Under the pieces are notes generated by a model. It saw only the letters and a program-made list of their open reading frames with translations, did no database searches and had not been told where the DNA came from. DNA of 63,778 nt, the filler included, from Stramenopiles sp. TOSAG23-3 (Eukaryota), in NCBI GenBank assembly GCA_900128585.1. It is 6 parts of 6 records of this genome, joined end to end, with 100 filler letters (N's around TTAATTAATTAA, not from the genome) between each part and the next. Parts side by side here need not be neighbours in the genome. Positions count along the whole stretch, not along the records: positions 27,561 to 54,995 come from LT642261.1; positions 55,096 to 57,192 come from LT645081.1; positions 57,293 to 59,389 come from LT645082.1; 3 more parts are not named here. The stretch is one strand, 5' to 3'. Below, in pieces: positions 47,663 through 58,293 of the stretch. Each line of letters starts with the position of its first letter. Positions within the stretch are counted from its first letter, which is position 1. Both the position numbers and the translations under genes were made by a program.

Positions 47663-50155
47663 TCAACACAAACAATACAAATGATCGAGAGTTCTTAATT
47701 CTGGTGTGGAGGCCGCTTTTATTGCAGCTTTGCAGGATTTTGGCATGGGGGTTACCCTGTCCATACCAATCACAAATGAACCCTTCCCCCCCCCCAACCC
47801 CGCCGTGGTCCCACCGGTTTGTTTTCCCACGAGGGACATTGGTGCAGAGAACCGTTTCTCTTTGTCTCTCTGCACAATTATAGTCGATTTAAACTGAGAC
47901 TCTGGTTCCTCTTTCACAGAAAACCACATCTGGAAGGTGTAATTTCCCTCCGCGTCCTTCCCAATCGCGTTCGGGGGCGGTTCTTGGAGTTCGAGGCTTT
48001 TCATTTGGCCCAAATGGGGCACCTTGCAACCGGGAACTTTTCCATTGCCACCCATGACCGCTAGTTGTTTCTCGGACAAAACTTTCAGCCTTTCCACAAT
48101 CTCTTCGTACATCTCGGGCAGCTGTGCTTTCGTCGACACGGAATAAAGTATTTTCTTTGCGCCCAAATGGCAGGTACAACGAGACACGGGGATCCTCGCC
48201 TCTGCACACACTCGGTTGGGATTAAGCCTTTCAAAAATACTTTTCCCTTCGACTGCATTCCCTTCGAAAGGGCTCCACATTTTACTATCGGTGTTGTATC
48301 GCAGGTTTGCTTCCCCGCCTTCCACAAGGTGCCGAAGAGTCGCATAGATGTCCAATGAATGCGTGACCACCCGTTGGTTATCCGCCAGAACATCGCCGTA
48401 ATCGTCTGCAACAGCCTTCGGGACCAGGACGCGGAATATAGGGTTCGTGTTGTACATGTGCCTTAGAGTTTCTGAGTTTTGACTTCCCCCATATCGTGCC
48501 CCGTGGTCTGCATTGATTATGACAATGGTGTCGGCCCCTCCGCCATCACGCTCCAAGTTTCGCAAAAATGTTGTTAACGGCTCATCGACCATACGAGCGT
48601 TCAACAGGTTGCTGTTGTGCATATCCTCGTTCTCCATCTGGGCGACAAAGGGGGTTCGAGCACTTCGAGCTGCCTTGGCGAATTCATGCAAGTATTCAAG
48701 GCCGTGGCTCGGGCCCGGCTTCCCCCCCAAACAGTGAAAGGAGTGACCCGATGAGTAGGCCTGGTAACCATAGTAGCCCCCGTTCAGGCTCAATGATTCG
48801 CGCAAAACAACATCCGCTGCCCTCTGTACCGTGCTGAAATCGTTTTGATAATCTGTGCCATACGATAGTCCCTGTAGTACGGACATGGTCGAGTAAAATG
48901 TGGCGAAGCGTTTGTTTTTCCCAGCCCAATGCCACCATGGACCAGGTTCTAAATCTTCAGCGGCAGTGTTGCGGCTATGACTGATTTTATATATGGGGAC
49001 CCCGGCAAACGCGGCGAAGAGGTTAGGGAACGTGTCGTCGCTGTACGCGTTGTGGTTCGCAAAGTCGTACGCGGCCCAAGCATGGTCCCGTCCCGAACGT
49101 TGCGATCTATTAAACGATCTATCACGAAAAAATGTCTGAAACATGGGCATTTCGCTGATTCCCTGAAATCGAGACAACGAATCAAATTGCATCGCGATGA
49201 CGTTGTATTTTCGTTTTGCGTTTGGCCCACTGCCAACAGGGCTGTCTCTACCCCCTCCTGCCCGATTGCTGTACTTCTCAAAAACGTGACCAAATTTTGG
49301 GGGGATGACAATGTTAAAATCGTCGAAGCAACCGTAGAGAAATTCCCCGTTTGGCAGGTTGCAAACGTACTCTAGCCAACCAACGGGTTCCCCATACCGA
49401 GTCAGCGTAAAAATAGATGGGGGCAACCGCATCTCGGCCACGACGTCTGGGATTAAGTGCCACAGCAGGTTTTTTTGCCGGCACGTCAGCTGGACCGCCT
49501 GAAATTTGGCTGGAAGGCACAGAATGCGACACTCCTGTTCACCCTGCTTTGGATTGTTCGTAGTTCTGCACTTTGGTAACTGACTCAATTCTTCGTACTC
49601 CAAACGTTTGGTTGAAGGGCGTTCCCCCATATTTTTGATATCGTCGGGCTCCGCTTTCTCAAATCCCCGTTTCGTCCAGCTGAACGGAACGTAAGTAACG
49701 TCCAACCGAGTGTCACAGTGCACGGCAACTGTCGACTCGTCGGCCCCGCACAAGGCAGGGTCAGCCCCTCTATCGTGCGAGGAGAACGGCCGGTTTGTCT
49801 TTCTACAATATTCTGTGCTATTTTCTGGTGCACTGTAGTGGTTTTTTTGGTACTCTTGGTTGAAACGACATATGTCTTTAGCAGGGGGGATCAAAACATT
49901 GCACCCGCTCTTTTTGCCCGTCAGAGGTGACGCTCCGTCCATAATTCTCTTCTCGCAGAGTTTCTGGTGCACAAGCATGTCGTTAAATTTTCCGGCCCGT
50001 ATTTTTGCAGTTCTAGATTTGCCATCGCCCAGGCCGAACAGGCCGAACATGGAATATGAATTCGCCCCGAGAACAAAAACAATGACAGCCCCTATATATA
50101 CAAAGCGTCGCCGAAACGGTAGCGCAGAAGGTGGGCGGAAGGCACTCTCCGCCAT
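47663..50155 (-). CDS. DUF229 / alkaline-phosphatase-sulfatase superfamily type II membrane protein
   Basis: N-terminal TM; YNVIAMQFDSLSR, DDTFPNL, DMHN..VDEPL, INADHGARYG, QRVVTHSLDIYATL and RVCAEARIP..RCTC motifs. First ATG at 50155. Confidence 0.8.
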   Translation of the reverse strand: MAESAFRPPSALPFRRRFVYIGAVIVFVLGANSYSMFGLFGLGDGKSRTAKIRAGKFNDMLVHQKLCEKRIMDGASPLTGKKSGCNVLIPPAKDICRFNQEYQKNHYSAPENSTEYCRKTNRPFSSHDRGADPALCGADESTVAVHCDTRLDVTYVPFSWTKRGFEKAEPDDIKNMGERPSTKRLEYEELSQLPKCRTTNNPKQGEQECRILCLPAKFQAVQLTCRQKNLLWHLIPDVVAEMRLPPSIFTLTRYGEPVGWLEYVCNLPNGEFLYGCFDDFNIVIPPKFGHVFEKYSNRAGGGRDSPVGSGPNAKRKYNVIAMQFDSLSRFQGISEMPMFQTFFRDRSFNRSQRSGRDHAWAAYDFANHNAYSDDTFPNLFAAFAGVPIYKISHSRNTAAEDLEPGPWWHWAGKNKRFATFYSTMSVLQGLSYGTDYQNDFSTVQRAADVVLRESLSLNGGYYGYQAYSSGHSFHCLGGKPGPSHGLEYLHEFAKAARSARTPFVAQMENEDMHNSNLLNARMVDEPLTTFLRNLERDGGGADTIVIINADHGARYGGSQNSETLRHMYNTNPIFRVLVPKAVADDYGDVLADNQRVVTHSLDIYATLRHLVEGGEANLRYNTDSKMWSPFEGNAVEGKSIFERLNPNRVCAEARIPVSRCTCHLGAKKILYSVSTKAQLPEMYEEIVERLKVLSEKQLAVMGGNGKVPGCKVPHLGQMKSLELQEPPPNAIGKDAEGNYTFQMWFSVKEEPESQFKSTIIVQRDKEKRFSAPMSLVGKQTGGTTAGLGGGKGSFVIGMDRVTPMPKSCKAAIKAASTPELRTLDHLYCLC

Positions 50156-50394
50156 GCCCAGAAATGCCCACACGACAAAACAACTAACCCGTCGTGTGTT
50201 AATTCAATTGCCCTTGCGGTATTTTCTATTAAAATTAATTGTCAATATATTGCGTCGTTGTCGTTGCCGTTGTCGTTCCATTTATTTTTACTTTTGATTA
50301 GATTAACGATGATGAAAATATAATTTTTAGGATTTTTTGTATTATTCTTGTTAGTATTTATTCCAACATTCTTCCAACTTCCAACAACAACAAA

Positions 50395-50630
50395 AAAGAA
50401 GAAGAAGAAGAATGAAAGAAGAAGAAGAAAAAATAAAGAAGAAGAAAGAAGAAGAAGAAAGAAGAAGAAGAAGAAGAAGAGAGGAGAGAGAAGAAGAAGA
50501 AGAAGAAGAAGAAGAAGAAGAAGAAGAAGAAGAAGAAGAAGAAGGAGAAGAGAGAAGAGAGAAGAAGGAGAAGAGAGGAGAGAGAAGAAGAAGAAGAGAG
50601 AAGAAGAGAGAAGAGAGAAGAGGAGGAGGA
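50395..50630. repeat. (GAA)n polypurine tract
   Basis: About 235 nt of A/G, mostly GAA. Confidence 0.9.
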
Positions 50631-50812
50631 TATTTTTTTAGTATAATATTAATAGTAAGAAGAAGATGTTAAAAATTATTAAATATCTTCGGTACAGGTA
50701 GTACGAACCGCGAATGCGAACAACCTGCTCCTTTAGTTCTATTTGACTAACTTTTTTAAAGGACTCGAAATAAAAATCTCTTTTATTTTCTTCAACACTT
50801 CCAAGAACTCTT

Positions 50813-53800
50813 TCAAGCCTTATTATCACCCGCCCAGCTGTTCTTTGGACCGCTTTGGGCGCTGGGTGATTTAAATTTCGCATTTCCCGAAAGGAACTTT
50901 GCGATGAGCTTTGGGTCTTTTGGGTAAGAGAGGATCACTTGCTTGCAGTTCGTGTTAACCACTGGTTGTGCAAATGTTGCAATCTGTCGACGGGAATGCT
51001 CTGTCGCGGCTTGCTCCAGCTCTTCGATTCGAGCGTACAGATTGTCAACGTGTTCATCTTGCTTCTTTCCCAACGGGTCGCCGAGCTCCTTCAGGAATGT
51101 TTTAAGCTCATCCTTTTGCATGGGTTTGAAGCAAATGGAGGTAGGGCTGTTCTTGGAGAATACCGCTTCGTTGGCTTTAATCCCAGCAATGTCCTGGTTG
51201 TGCTGCCAGACATCGTCCCAGTAAGTGTACCACATGGCGAAGAGCGGGGAAGAATTGTAGAACCCAACCAGGTTGAACAAACAGTCGAGACCTTGCTTGT
51301 GTTTCGTAGGAATGCTCTTAACCGCAGGATTTTGCTCCGATTTCTGAAGGTACGCGTGCAGGTTTTGGCGGGAGATGACGTCGTTGTTGTAGACCCAGTA
51401 CCAAAATCCCCACCCAAGTGTCCATTGGGTCATCACACGCTCGCTCTTCAGCTTCACCTTGAATTGGGCCTGCTCTTGCAAGTGCATTTGGATTCCTTGC
51501 TCCATACTTTGTTTGTTGTTTCGGTTATTGCACAGCTCGTTAAATCGTGGGGTCCGATCGAATGTGTTCGTAACGCCCATTGCGTCGCCCCCGAACGTAA
51601 AGGATCCTTTGTGGTGGGAACCATCGCTTCCTCTGCCAACACCGTCATTGTATTTCATGGATACGTTGAAGCCTTGCTCAAACGGGCTGTCACCAAAGTC
51701 GCCCCTCACGGCCACCTTTCCGTTCTCGTACGTCCATTGGATAGTGATGGTTTTATACTTTGTCTTGCCGTCGCTGTCTTTTCCGTCCGGTACCTGCTTT
51801 TTTTCTGTGCGGTGCTGGACCAAGTAGAACAGCTGCGGGGATTTCGCCATCCCGCGCAGCATCAACCGGACCTGTTTCATGTCTTGGACCTTCGGGGCCA
51901 TGTTCATTTGATACAACTCCCTGATGCGCCCGTACTTGTCTGTCCAGGGGAATATTTCTCCCCAGTCTTTGCCGGCCCCATCCCAGTAGAACTTCACGCT
52001 AAACGGGTACGGTTCAATTTCTAACCGTCCAAATTTTGTGGCGGAGTTCATTTCGCCGTCCTTGCATATGCTGACCCCGGGCACCGTCTGCCACTGGTCC
52101 GTGCAATAGCAGTCTACACCCTCCAAGACATCTTGCAAGTAATTTCGGAAATTCAGCTCGTCCTGCGACAGTGGCATCAACGATTTTTCGAACGCAATGC
52201 GCCCACGGTGGTGCAACGTGTCCAACATTTCCTCCAGGCGGGTCTGGGGGAATGGGATCTGCACCCCGTTCGGGCCTATGATGCTGTCTCTTCTCTTCTT
52301 GGCGCCCGCTTTGCCCTCTACGTCGTCGTAGGCCTTCAGCGCAGGGTCCGTTGCGAACAGATTGTCCCAAAACGGCTTCCAGAGGCGCCTCCTCCGCTCC
52401 AGGTTCAAGTCGTAGTGCGGGATCCCTTCGCCCTCGTAAGGGAGCACGCCCCCGGCGGGGTCTCCGTACTCAAGGGTTCCGTGGAACGCTTTCAGCTTCT
52501 TCTTCACGATTGGCAGCTTTTTTACCGTAAAGTACACCATAAAGCCAAAATTTACCGCATTTACAATGTTCAAGAGGGCGCCCCAAAGGGCGTCATTGTG
52601 TACTAACGAAGAGAAGATCAAAAGCAGTGGCGTCAACACCAGCGTTATTCGTGAGCACAGGTCCAATTTGTCGTGCGACGCGCTGATAAATGGAGAGGCA
52701 TAGAATGAGAAGCCTGCAAATAGGGCCATGACCACGGTAGCCCCCACAGACTGACCGATATCTGCTCCGATAAATATCACGGGAAGCATCTGAAGAACCT
52801 TGAAGCCCATGACCCACAGCTTGTACCCGGCCCACTTCTGCTCGTACCCGCTGTACAAGCTTACGTAAGGGTTCTCCCCCGCTTGCTTGACGGCAACGGC
52901 ATACAGCTCGTCCGTGAACTCCTCCGGCTCACCCTCGTTATTGTACCATATGTTCTTCCCGTGGAGTTTTGCGTACATCTCTTTCTCTTGCACCAGGGCA
53001 TCGATGGGCGGCTCGTTTGCGTAGGGGTGCTCTGGATCAGACGCATCGATAAATTTTGGCTTCAAGCTCTCGATCACTTTGTACAGCTTCCATGGCATGG
53101 CCACACTGAATATCAAGAAAATGACAACGGCAAGAAAGGCCATCCCACCATAGTTAGGGTCGTCGCAGTTGCCGATGCTGCATGGGGTAGTCCGCAAAAG
53201 GGTAGTCGGGTAGTACTTTTCATGGCCAGCAATCAGTTGCAGACAATTCCGCGTCACAGGGGCATACAGCGTAGTGCACGCAAGGATGGTTGCTTTGATG
53301 GTGTAGAAGGTCATTTTGCCCTTCTCGTTTCGCCGCTTCCAGCTCAGCTTGGCCTTCGCTTCCCGCGTGGCTGCAAAGCGAATGTCAAGGTTCAGGTCTC
53401 GCCTCATAAAGAAAATCAGCATTCCCCACGGGATCAGCGCCGCGATCAAAAAGATAAAAAACCACGCCGTGGCCGTGATTGCCTCAATGAACGCAAGGAG
53501 TCTCCCAAAACTGACGGACGCAAGCGACGCGAGGTTGCCAAACAGGTACTTGAAGCTGTCCGGCATGGTTATGTTGTCCACCATGGTGCCAAGGAATTGG
53601 AAAAAGTCTCTCACTATTTCCAGCTGCATGACATCAACGAAGCAGGCACCGACCGCCACAGACGCCGCCCCCATGGTTTTTTTTGCAGTCTCTGCGTCAA
53701 AGTTCATCTGCGGAACCGGGATGCTTTGGAATCCCGCGACGACGGCCCCCCCGGCAACCCTCGCAGCGTTTGCCACGGCCGCGGCTTGCTCCGAGTTTGC

Positions 53801-54214
53801 GGCCGCGTTGACGCCCGCGACAACCTGCTGCCCGCCTGAGATTGCGGCGTTGCCTGCAACGTTGATGCCCTGTCGAGCTGCGGTTCCTGCTTGCCGTGCT
53901 TCGTCTGAGTTAACAGCGGCGTTCATCGCCTGCCCGGCGCGTTGTACGCCGGCGACGGCCGTTCGCCCACCAGCAACGGCGGCATTACCAGCAACGTTGG
54001 CTCCGTTGCGGACGGCAGCGCCCGCCTGCCGGACTTCTTCCGAGTTCGCAGCCGCGTTGATGCCCGCGACGACATGCTGTCCGCCAGATACCACGGCGTT
54101 TCCTGCCTGTCTGGCGCCTTCCACCGCCGCATTTGCCGCGGCATCAATGGCGTCCGGCGCGGCGTTGGCGACGTCGATTGCCATTTCCGTCGCTTGCTCG
54201 CCTGCTCCTTCCAT
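50813..54214 (-). CDS. Multi-pass membrane protein of unknown function with Ala/Gly/Val-rich N-terminal repeats and a large C-terminal soluble domain
   Basis: ORF of ~1133 aa from the ATG at 54214. Three ~40-aa repeats (AANSEE.RQAG.A.R.G.NVAGNAA..GG), ~7-8 hydrophobic helices and a LYSGYEQKWAGYK/SPFIS..HD pattern. Confidence 0.8.
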   Translation of the reverse strand: MEGAGEQATEMAIDVANAAPDAIDAAANAAVEGARQAGNAVVSGGQHVVAGINAAANSEEVRQAGAAVRNGANVAGNAAVAGGRTAVAGVQRAGQAMNAAVNSDEARQAGTAARQGINVAGNAAISGGQQVVAGVNAAANSEQAAAVANAARVAGGAVVAGFQSIPVPQMNFDAETAKKTMGAASVAVGACFVDVMQLEIVRDFFQFLGTMVDNITMPDSFKYLFGNLASLASVSFGRLLAFIEAITATAWFFIFLIAALIPWGMLIFFMRRDLNLDIRFAATREAKAKLSWKRRNEKGKMTFYTIKATILACTTLYAPVTRNCLQLIAGHEKYYPTTLLRTTPCSIGNCDDPNYGGMAFLAVVIFLIFSVAMPWKLYKVIESLKPKFIDASDPEHPYANEPPIDALVQEKEMYAKLHGKNIWYNNEGEPEEFTDELYAVAVKQAGENPYVSLYSGYEQKWAGYKLWVMGFKVLQMLPVIFIGADIGQSVGATVVMALFAGFSFYASPFISASHDKLDLCSRITLVLTPLLLIFSSLVHNDALWGALLNIVNAVNFGFMVYFTVKKLPIVKKKLKAFHGTLEYGDPAGGVLPYEGEGIPHYDLNLERRRRLWKPFWDNLFATDPALKAYDDVEGKAGAKKRRDSIIGPNGVQIPFPQTRLEEMLDTLHHRGRIAFEKSLMPLSQDELNFRNYLQDVLEGVDCYCTDQWQTVPGVSICKDGEMNSATKFGRLEIEPYPFSVKFYWDGAGKDWGEIFPWTDKYGRIRELYQMNMAPKVQDMKQVRLMLRGMAKSPQLFYLVQHRTEKKQVPDGKDSDGKTKYKTITIQWTYENGKVAVRGDFGDSPFEQGFNVSMKYNDGVGRGSDGSHHKGSFTFGGDAMGVTNTFDRTPRFNELCNNRNNKQSMEQGIQMHLQEQAQFKVKLKSERVMTQWTLGWGFWYWVYNNDVISRQNLHAYLQKSEQNPAVKSIPTKHKQGLDCLFNLVGFYNSSPLFAMWYTYWDDVWQHNQDIAGIKANEAVFSKNSPTSICFKPMQKDELKTFLKELGDPLGKKQDEHVDNLYARIEELEQAATEHSRRQIATFAQPVVNTNCKQVILSYPKDPKLIAKFLSGNAKFKSPSAQSGPKNSWAGDNKA

Positions 54215-54995
54215 GATTGTAGTACACTTCTTGCTTTTTATAATATCCAACGGATATACTATACGAAATCAATCAATTATTAAATAACTATTCGTATGTT
54301 AAATGTTACCCCACTCTCCCTTTTTCGTTGTAAAAACAAAAGAAATCATTTCACACCTCTCATCATCATTATCATTATCAATCGATTTGATTCCCTTGCT
54401 CCATTTATTTAGACATCATCCGACGACCGACGACCGACGACCCCCCATTATTATTTTATTCATTCTTCATTCTTCATTCATTCTTCATCATCATTAGTCA
54501 TTCATTCTTCTTCATTCTTCATTCATGTTCATCATCATCTCCTCCTCTCCTCTCCTCCTCCTCCCACAAGATCCACAAATAATATAATAATAAAAAAGAA
54601 AGAAGAGAAGAAGAAGAAACAAGAAGGATTAAGAGATTATAGATTAATATATAGATATTAGACTAACAGAGGGATGATAAAATTTCATTGATCTTTGATC
54701 TTTGATCTTTGAGGGTTTGTGGGTTGTATACCATGTAGTATTATTTAATATGGGTTTAGTATAGGTTATTTGTTGTTTTTTGGAGAGGCAGAATTTTGTC
54801 TTCCTAGTTTAAGGTTTATGAGTTAAGGTATATAATACATTATATTATTTTTAGTCTAGTAGCTAATAATATGAATAAAAAAAGAACACATTTTAGATTT
54901 TTAGTATTTTATAGAATTTAGAATTTTAAATCCTGAACAAAAAAAGAAGAACAAAAGGATTCTTAATTTACAGGAAGATAGCAACTGCTGCAGCA

Positions 54996-55095
54996 NNNNN
55001 NNNNNNNNNNNNNNNNNNNNNNNNNNNNNNNNNNNNNNNTTAATTAATTAANNNNNNNNNNNNNNNNNNNNNNNNNNNNNNNNNNNNNNNNNNNN
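54996..55095. other. Artificial contig linker
   Basis: N44-TTAATTAATTAA-N44. Confidence 0.97.
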
Positions 55096-55096
55096 G

Positions 55097-56008
55097 ATCG
55101 AACGTTTAACGATCTTCCGAACGCTCAACGACATGGTACAGAACGCGTACAGGATTAACAGTTTTGAGGAGTTTGTAACTAACGGCCGGGTTGGATCGTC
55201 CAGTGCAGAAGATGCCAGAGCCATTTATGAGCTCTGGGTGGCGCAGAGCGTAAACGACACGGAGCACATGGGAGCGGACATTTTGGAGAAGATGTGGAAA
55301 GTGCTCGATGTTGAGGAGTTTCGGTCCAACTCCACAATTCCCAAGATGTTAAACTTCGAGTACGTGGATGGGCCCTCGCATGAGCTCAGCAAAGACCTGC
55401 ACATTACGGAAAACATGCCAGTCATCAAACCGGGGCTGTACTGTGGAGCCTACCACCCAGAAATGTACAAAAAGTATCACAAGGAAATTCTTTTGGTGGA
55501 GTACAGACGGTACACCGAGGTGAGACTAGACGAAACGTGGAAATTGATCCACGCGGAAGTGTTCAACGAGCAATCTGCAGACGGAACATTGGAATTGATA
55601 AGGAGCGTGGTAGAAAAGGCTCATGTTACGGAAGTCGTATTCGTTGTCGGAAGAAAAGTTACCGGCGATTGCCATGTTCCTGCCGGCAAATGCACCTTTG
55701 GCGCGCTTGTGCACCCAATGCTACCAAACCCTTCGCCTGGCGCACCAGAAGTACAATACGCCAAGAGCAGGGACAAAGAGCAGAAGGAAAAGGTGGCGTT
55801 GAAAGTTATTCGTCGATGGTATGGGTGGGGCACAGTTGCATACCCTGGCTTTCGGAACCCTTCAACGGTACCAGGCATTCTGATGCAGCTAGAAAACGAT
55901 CGCGGGGGGAATCACCGCTTTGGATTTTTTTGGGACAGCTCCTCCGACGAAGCCACGGTCTTGCAATGGCTTCCAATTCAAGACCATTACCCATGGTTTC
56001 ATAGGTAG
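55097..56008 (+). CDS. 5'-partial protein with a cyclin D1-binding/DUF3506 (FBXO31 C-terminal-like) domain
   Basis: IKPGLYCGAY...EILLVEY, GRKVTGDCHVPAGKCTF and YGWGTVAYPGFRNP motifs. The frame is open to the contig edge. Confidence 0.75.
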   Translation: MERLTIFRTLNDMVQNAYRINSFEEFVTNGRVGSSSAEDARAIYELWVAQSVNDTEHMGADILEKMWKVLDVEEFRSNSTIPKMLNFEYVDGPSHELSKDLHITENMPVIKPGLYCGAYHPEMYKKYHKEILLVEYRRYTEVRLDETWKLIHAEVFNEQSADGTLELIRSVVEKAHVTEVVFVVGRKVTGDCHVPAGKCTFGALVHPMLPNPSPGAPEVQYAKSRDKEQKEKVALKVIRRWYGWGTVAYPGFRNPSTVPGILMQLENDRGGNHRFGFFWDSSSDEATVLQWLPIQDHYPWFHR

Positions 56009-56210
56009 CCTTAAAGTAAAGGGGAAAAAAATGATTCTTACGAGAAGTAGAATTTTTGTGCGTGTTGTTAAATTATAAAAATATTATAGAAAAAAACACT
56101 CTAGACGGTACTAAGCTCTGTAAATGTGCGCAATGACCCAATATATGTGGTTCTTTACTTCTTCTAATTTTGTCCCCCCCCCTCCCCCCCTCTTTACTTT
56201 ACTCGGCTCC

Positions 56211-57191
56211 TCATTTGCACGACCGGTCCAAAACCCTCTCGACTATCTTTGCCGAAGTCATGGTATCTCTCGGGACACGGACGTCCTTTAGCCTGTTTCT
56301 AGCGATGGCACCGGCGTATCTTTCCTGGACCAGTTCAGGCTGCTCGTCGTCGCCGTAGACCACCAGGTCAATCCCATTCGTTTCCATAAACTCTGCAGAG
56401 ACGGTCGTCGGCGCATTCGGTATAACTTCGTCTACATACCTGCAAGCCTTTATGATCTGAATTCGTTCATGCATCGTTAGGATTGGGCTTTCATGGAACG
56501 CCTCTTGTGCCGTGGTATCGTTGTACACCCCGACAATAAGGGTCCGCCCAAAGCGAGTAGCCATTTTCAGGAATTTTAAGTGCCCATGGTGGAAGAGATC
56601 CCCAACCATGTTGACGTACACTCGTGGGTGGTTGGAGAACTGCTGTTTTGGAACCCCTGGGGCGCTTGCGGACGCCTCGTCCTTCAGGCCTTTGTTGGTG
56701 TGTATGTCGTCGTCATTAACCCAGTCCCCGTCACCATAACGATCTGGCGTTTCCCACGTTGCCCCGTAATACACTTCCAGGACCTTCCCGGGCTTGGACG
56801 GCGACCAGAACATTTTGTTGTGAAGCTTTATGCTTCGAAGTGGAAAGACGTCGTCTAGGCGAATGTGACCAGCGAACGACCCGGCGCAGTCGGCGTGTAA
56901 CTCAACATTGCAGCCTTCGTGGAAGTAAGCGTCTCCCTTGGCGTCATGCCGCGCGGTTCTAAAATTCATGTCTAGATGGACCCCGTACACCCCATTTGAC
57001 ACGGATATCCACTTGGTAGGTATCCCCGAACTGTCCGCTGGCGTGTTCCGATGAACGTTGTAGTAAATCCCATCCCATTTACCATCAAGGTAGTCCTGGG
57101 CACTGAGGTCACCACCTTTCCCTTTGCTGAATTGGTCCAGCGCTTCCTTTATCCGTGGAAAGTCGTGGTTGAGCACGCTAATGTCGACGTC
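56211..57191 (-). CDS. 5'-partial LicD-family nucleotidyltransferase fused to a C-terminal cytidylyltransferase
   Basis: DVDISV at the contig edge and DDVFPL..F.SP..P..VLEVYYG.TWETP (LicD). RVYVNMVGDLFHHGH..LIVGV..PILTMHERIQII.ACRYVDEVI.NAP..IDLVVYGDD (CTP-transferase HxGH). Confidence 0.8.
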   Translation of the reverse strand, partial: DVDISVLNHDFPRIKEALDQFSKGKGGDLSAQDYLDGKWDGIYYNVHRNTPADSSGIPTKWISVSNGVYGVHLDMNFRTARHDAKGDAYFHEGCNVELHADCAGSFAGHIRLDDVFPLRSIKLHNKMFWSPSKPGKVLEVYYGATWETPDRYGDGDWVNDDDIHTNKGLKDEASASAPGVPKQQFSNHPRVYVNMVGDLFHHGHLKFLKMATRFGRTLIVGVYNDTTAQEAFHESPILTMHERIQIIKACRYVDEVIPNAPTTVSAEFMETNGIDLVVYGDDEQPELVQERYAGAIARNRLKDVRVPRDTMTSAKIVERVLDRSCK

Positions 57192-57192
57192 G

Positions 57193-57292
57193 NNNNNNNN
57201 NNNNNNNNNNNNNNNNNNNNNNNNNNNNNNNNNNNNTTAATTAATTAANNNNNNNNNNNNNNNNNNNNNNNNNNNNNNNNNNNNNNNNNNNN
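57193..57292. other. Artificial contig linker
   Basis: N44-TTAATTAATTAA-N44. Confidence 0.97.
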
Positions 57293-57440
57293 GAAGAAGA
57301 AGAAGAAGAAGAAGAAGAAGAAGAAGAAGAAGAAGAAGAAGAAGAAGAGAGAAGAAGAAGAAGAAGAAGAAAGAAGAAGAGAAGAAGAAAGAAGAAAGAA
57401 GAAAGAAGAAAGAAGAAAGAAGAAGAAGAAGAAGAAAGAG
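57293..57440. repeat. (GAA)n microsatellite at a contig end
   Basis: Pure and degenerate GAA repeats. Confidence 0.9.
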
Positions 57441-58293
57441 AATGAATTATTATTTATCATTCATTTTATTACAGTACAGTGTATTACAGTATTATTATTT
57501 TTTTTATTCATTATTTTTTTATTATTATTATTTTTTTGTGCAATACTATTGGTTAGGATTAGGGTTTATCTCTTCTTTGATTTTTTTTTTAAAAGATTTC
57601 CTCGTGAGATAGAAAGGAAGAAGAGAAAGAAGTACCAAGTATGACAACACAGCAGATGAACAGATGACGCAGTGATTTTAATTTTATTTCGTTTTTATTT
57701 AATTTATATAAAAGACATTCAATAGCATTGAATACTTAATTTTAAGGCATTCTTTTTTATTATTATATCCATGCTATTCCTATACTATAGTACCATAGTT
57801 ATATAGCTAGAACGGACAAGCAAAAAGACGACTAGTTATAATTATATACTTATTTAGTTATAACTACATAGGGATATCTATATGAAAAAGAAAAGAAAAA
57901 AAAGAAGAATTAATTAAATATCGACGCGCTTATTCTTGTGCTTATTGTGTGTAGTATTAATTAATACTAAATTGGTAGAGAAAGTACCGACCGTAAATAA
58001 TAGTTCTTTCTTCCTCTTTCTTCTTTCTTCTCTTCTTCTCTTCTTCTTCTTCCACCGACCATTGCTTTTATTATTATTTCTTCTTTTTTAATAAAATATC
58101 ATATCTACAAAGTCATCAAGAAGAACCAATTGCGAATGCAAACGAAACGAAAGGAAAGGAAACGAAAGGGTCATTGTTCCTGTACTGTTTGTCATTCACA
58201 GTTCGTTCGTTAAAAATTTAATTTACGAAGTTTGGTAAAAAACTTACAAGACCAGAGAGAAAAGTAGTAGTAGTAGTATTTGCTGGAAACAAT

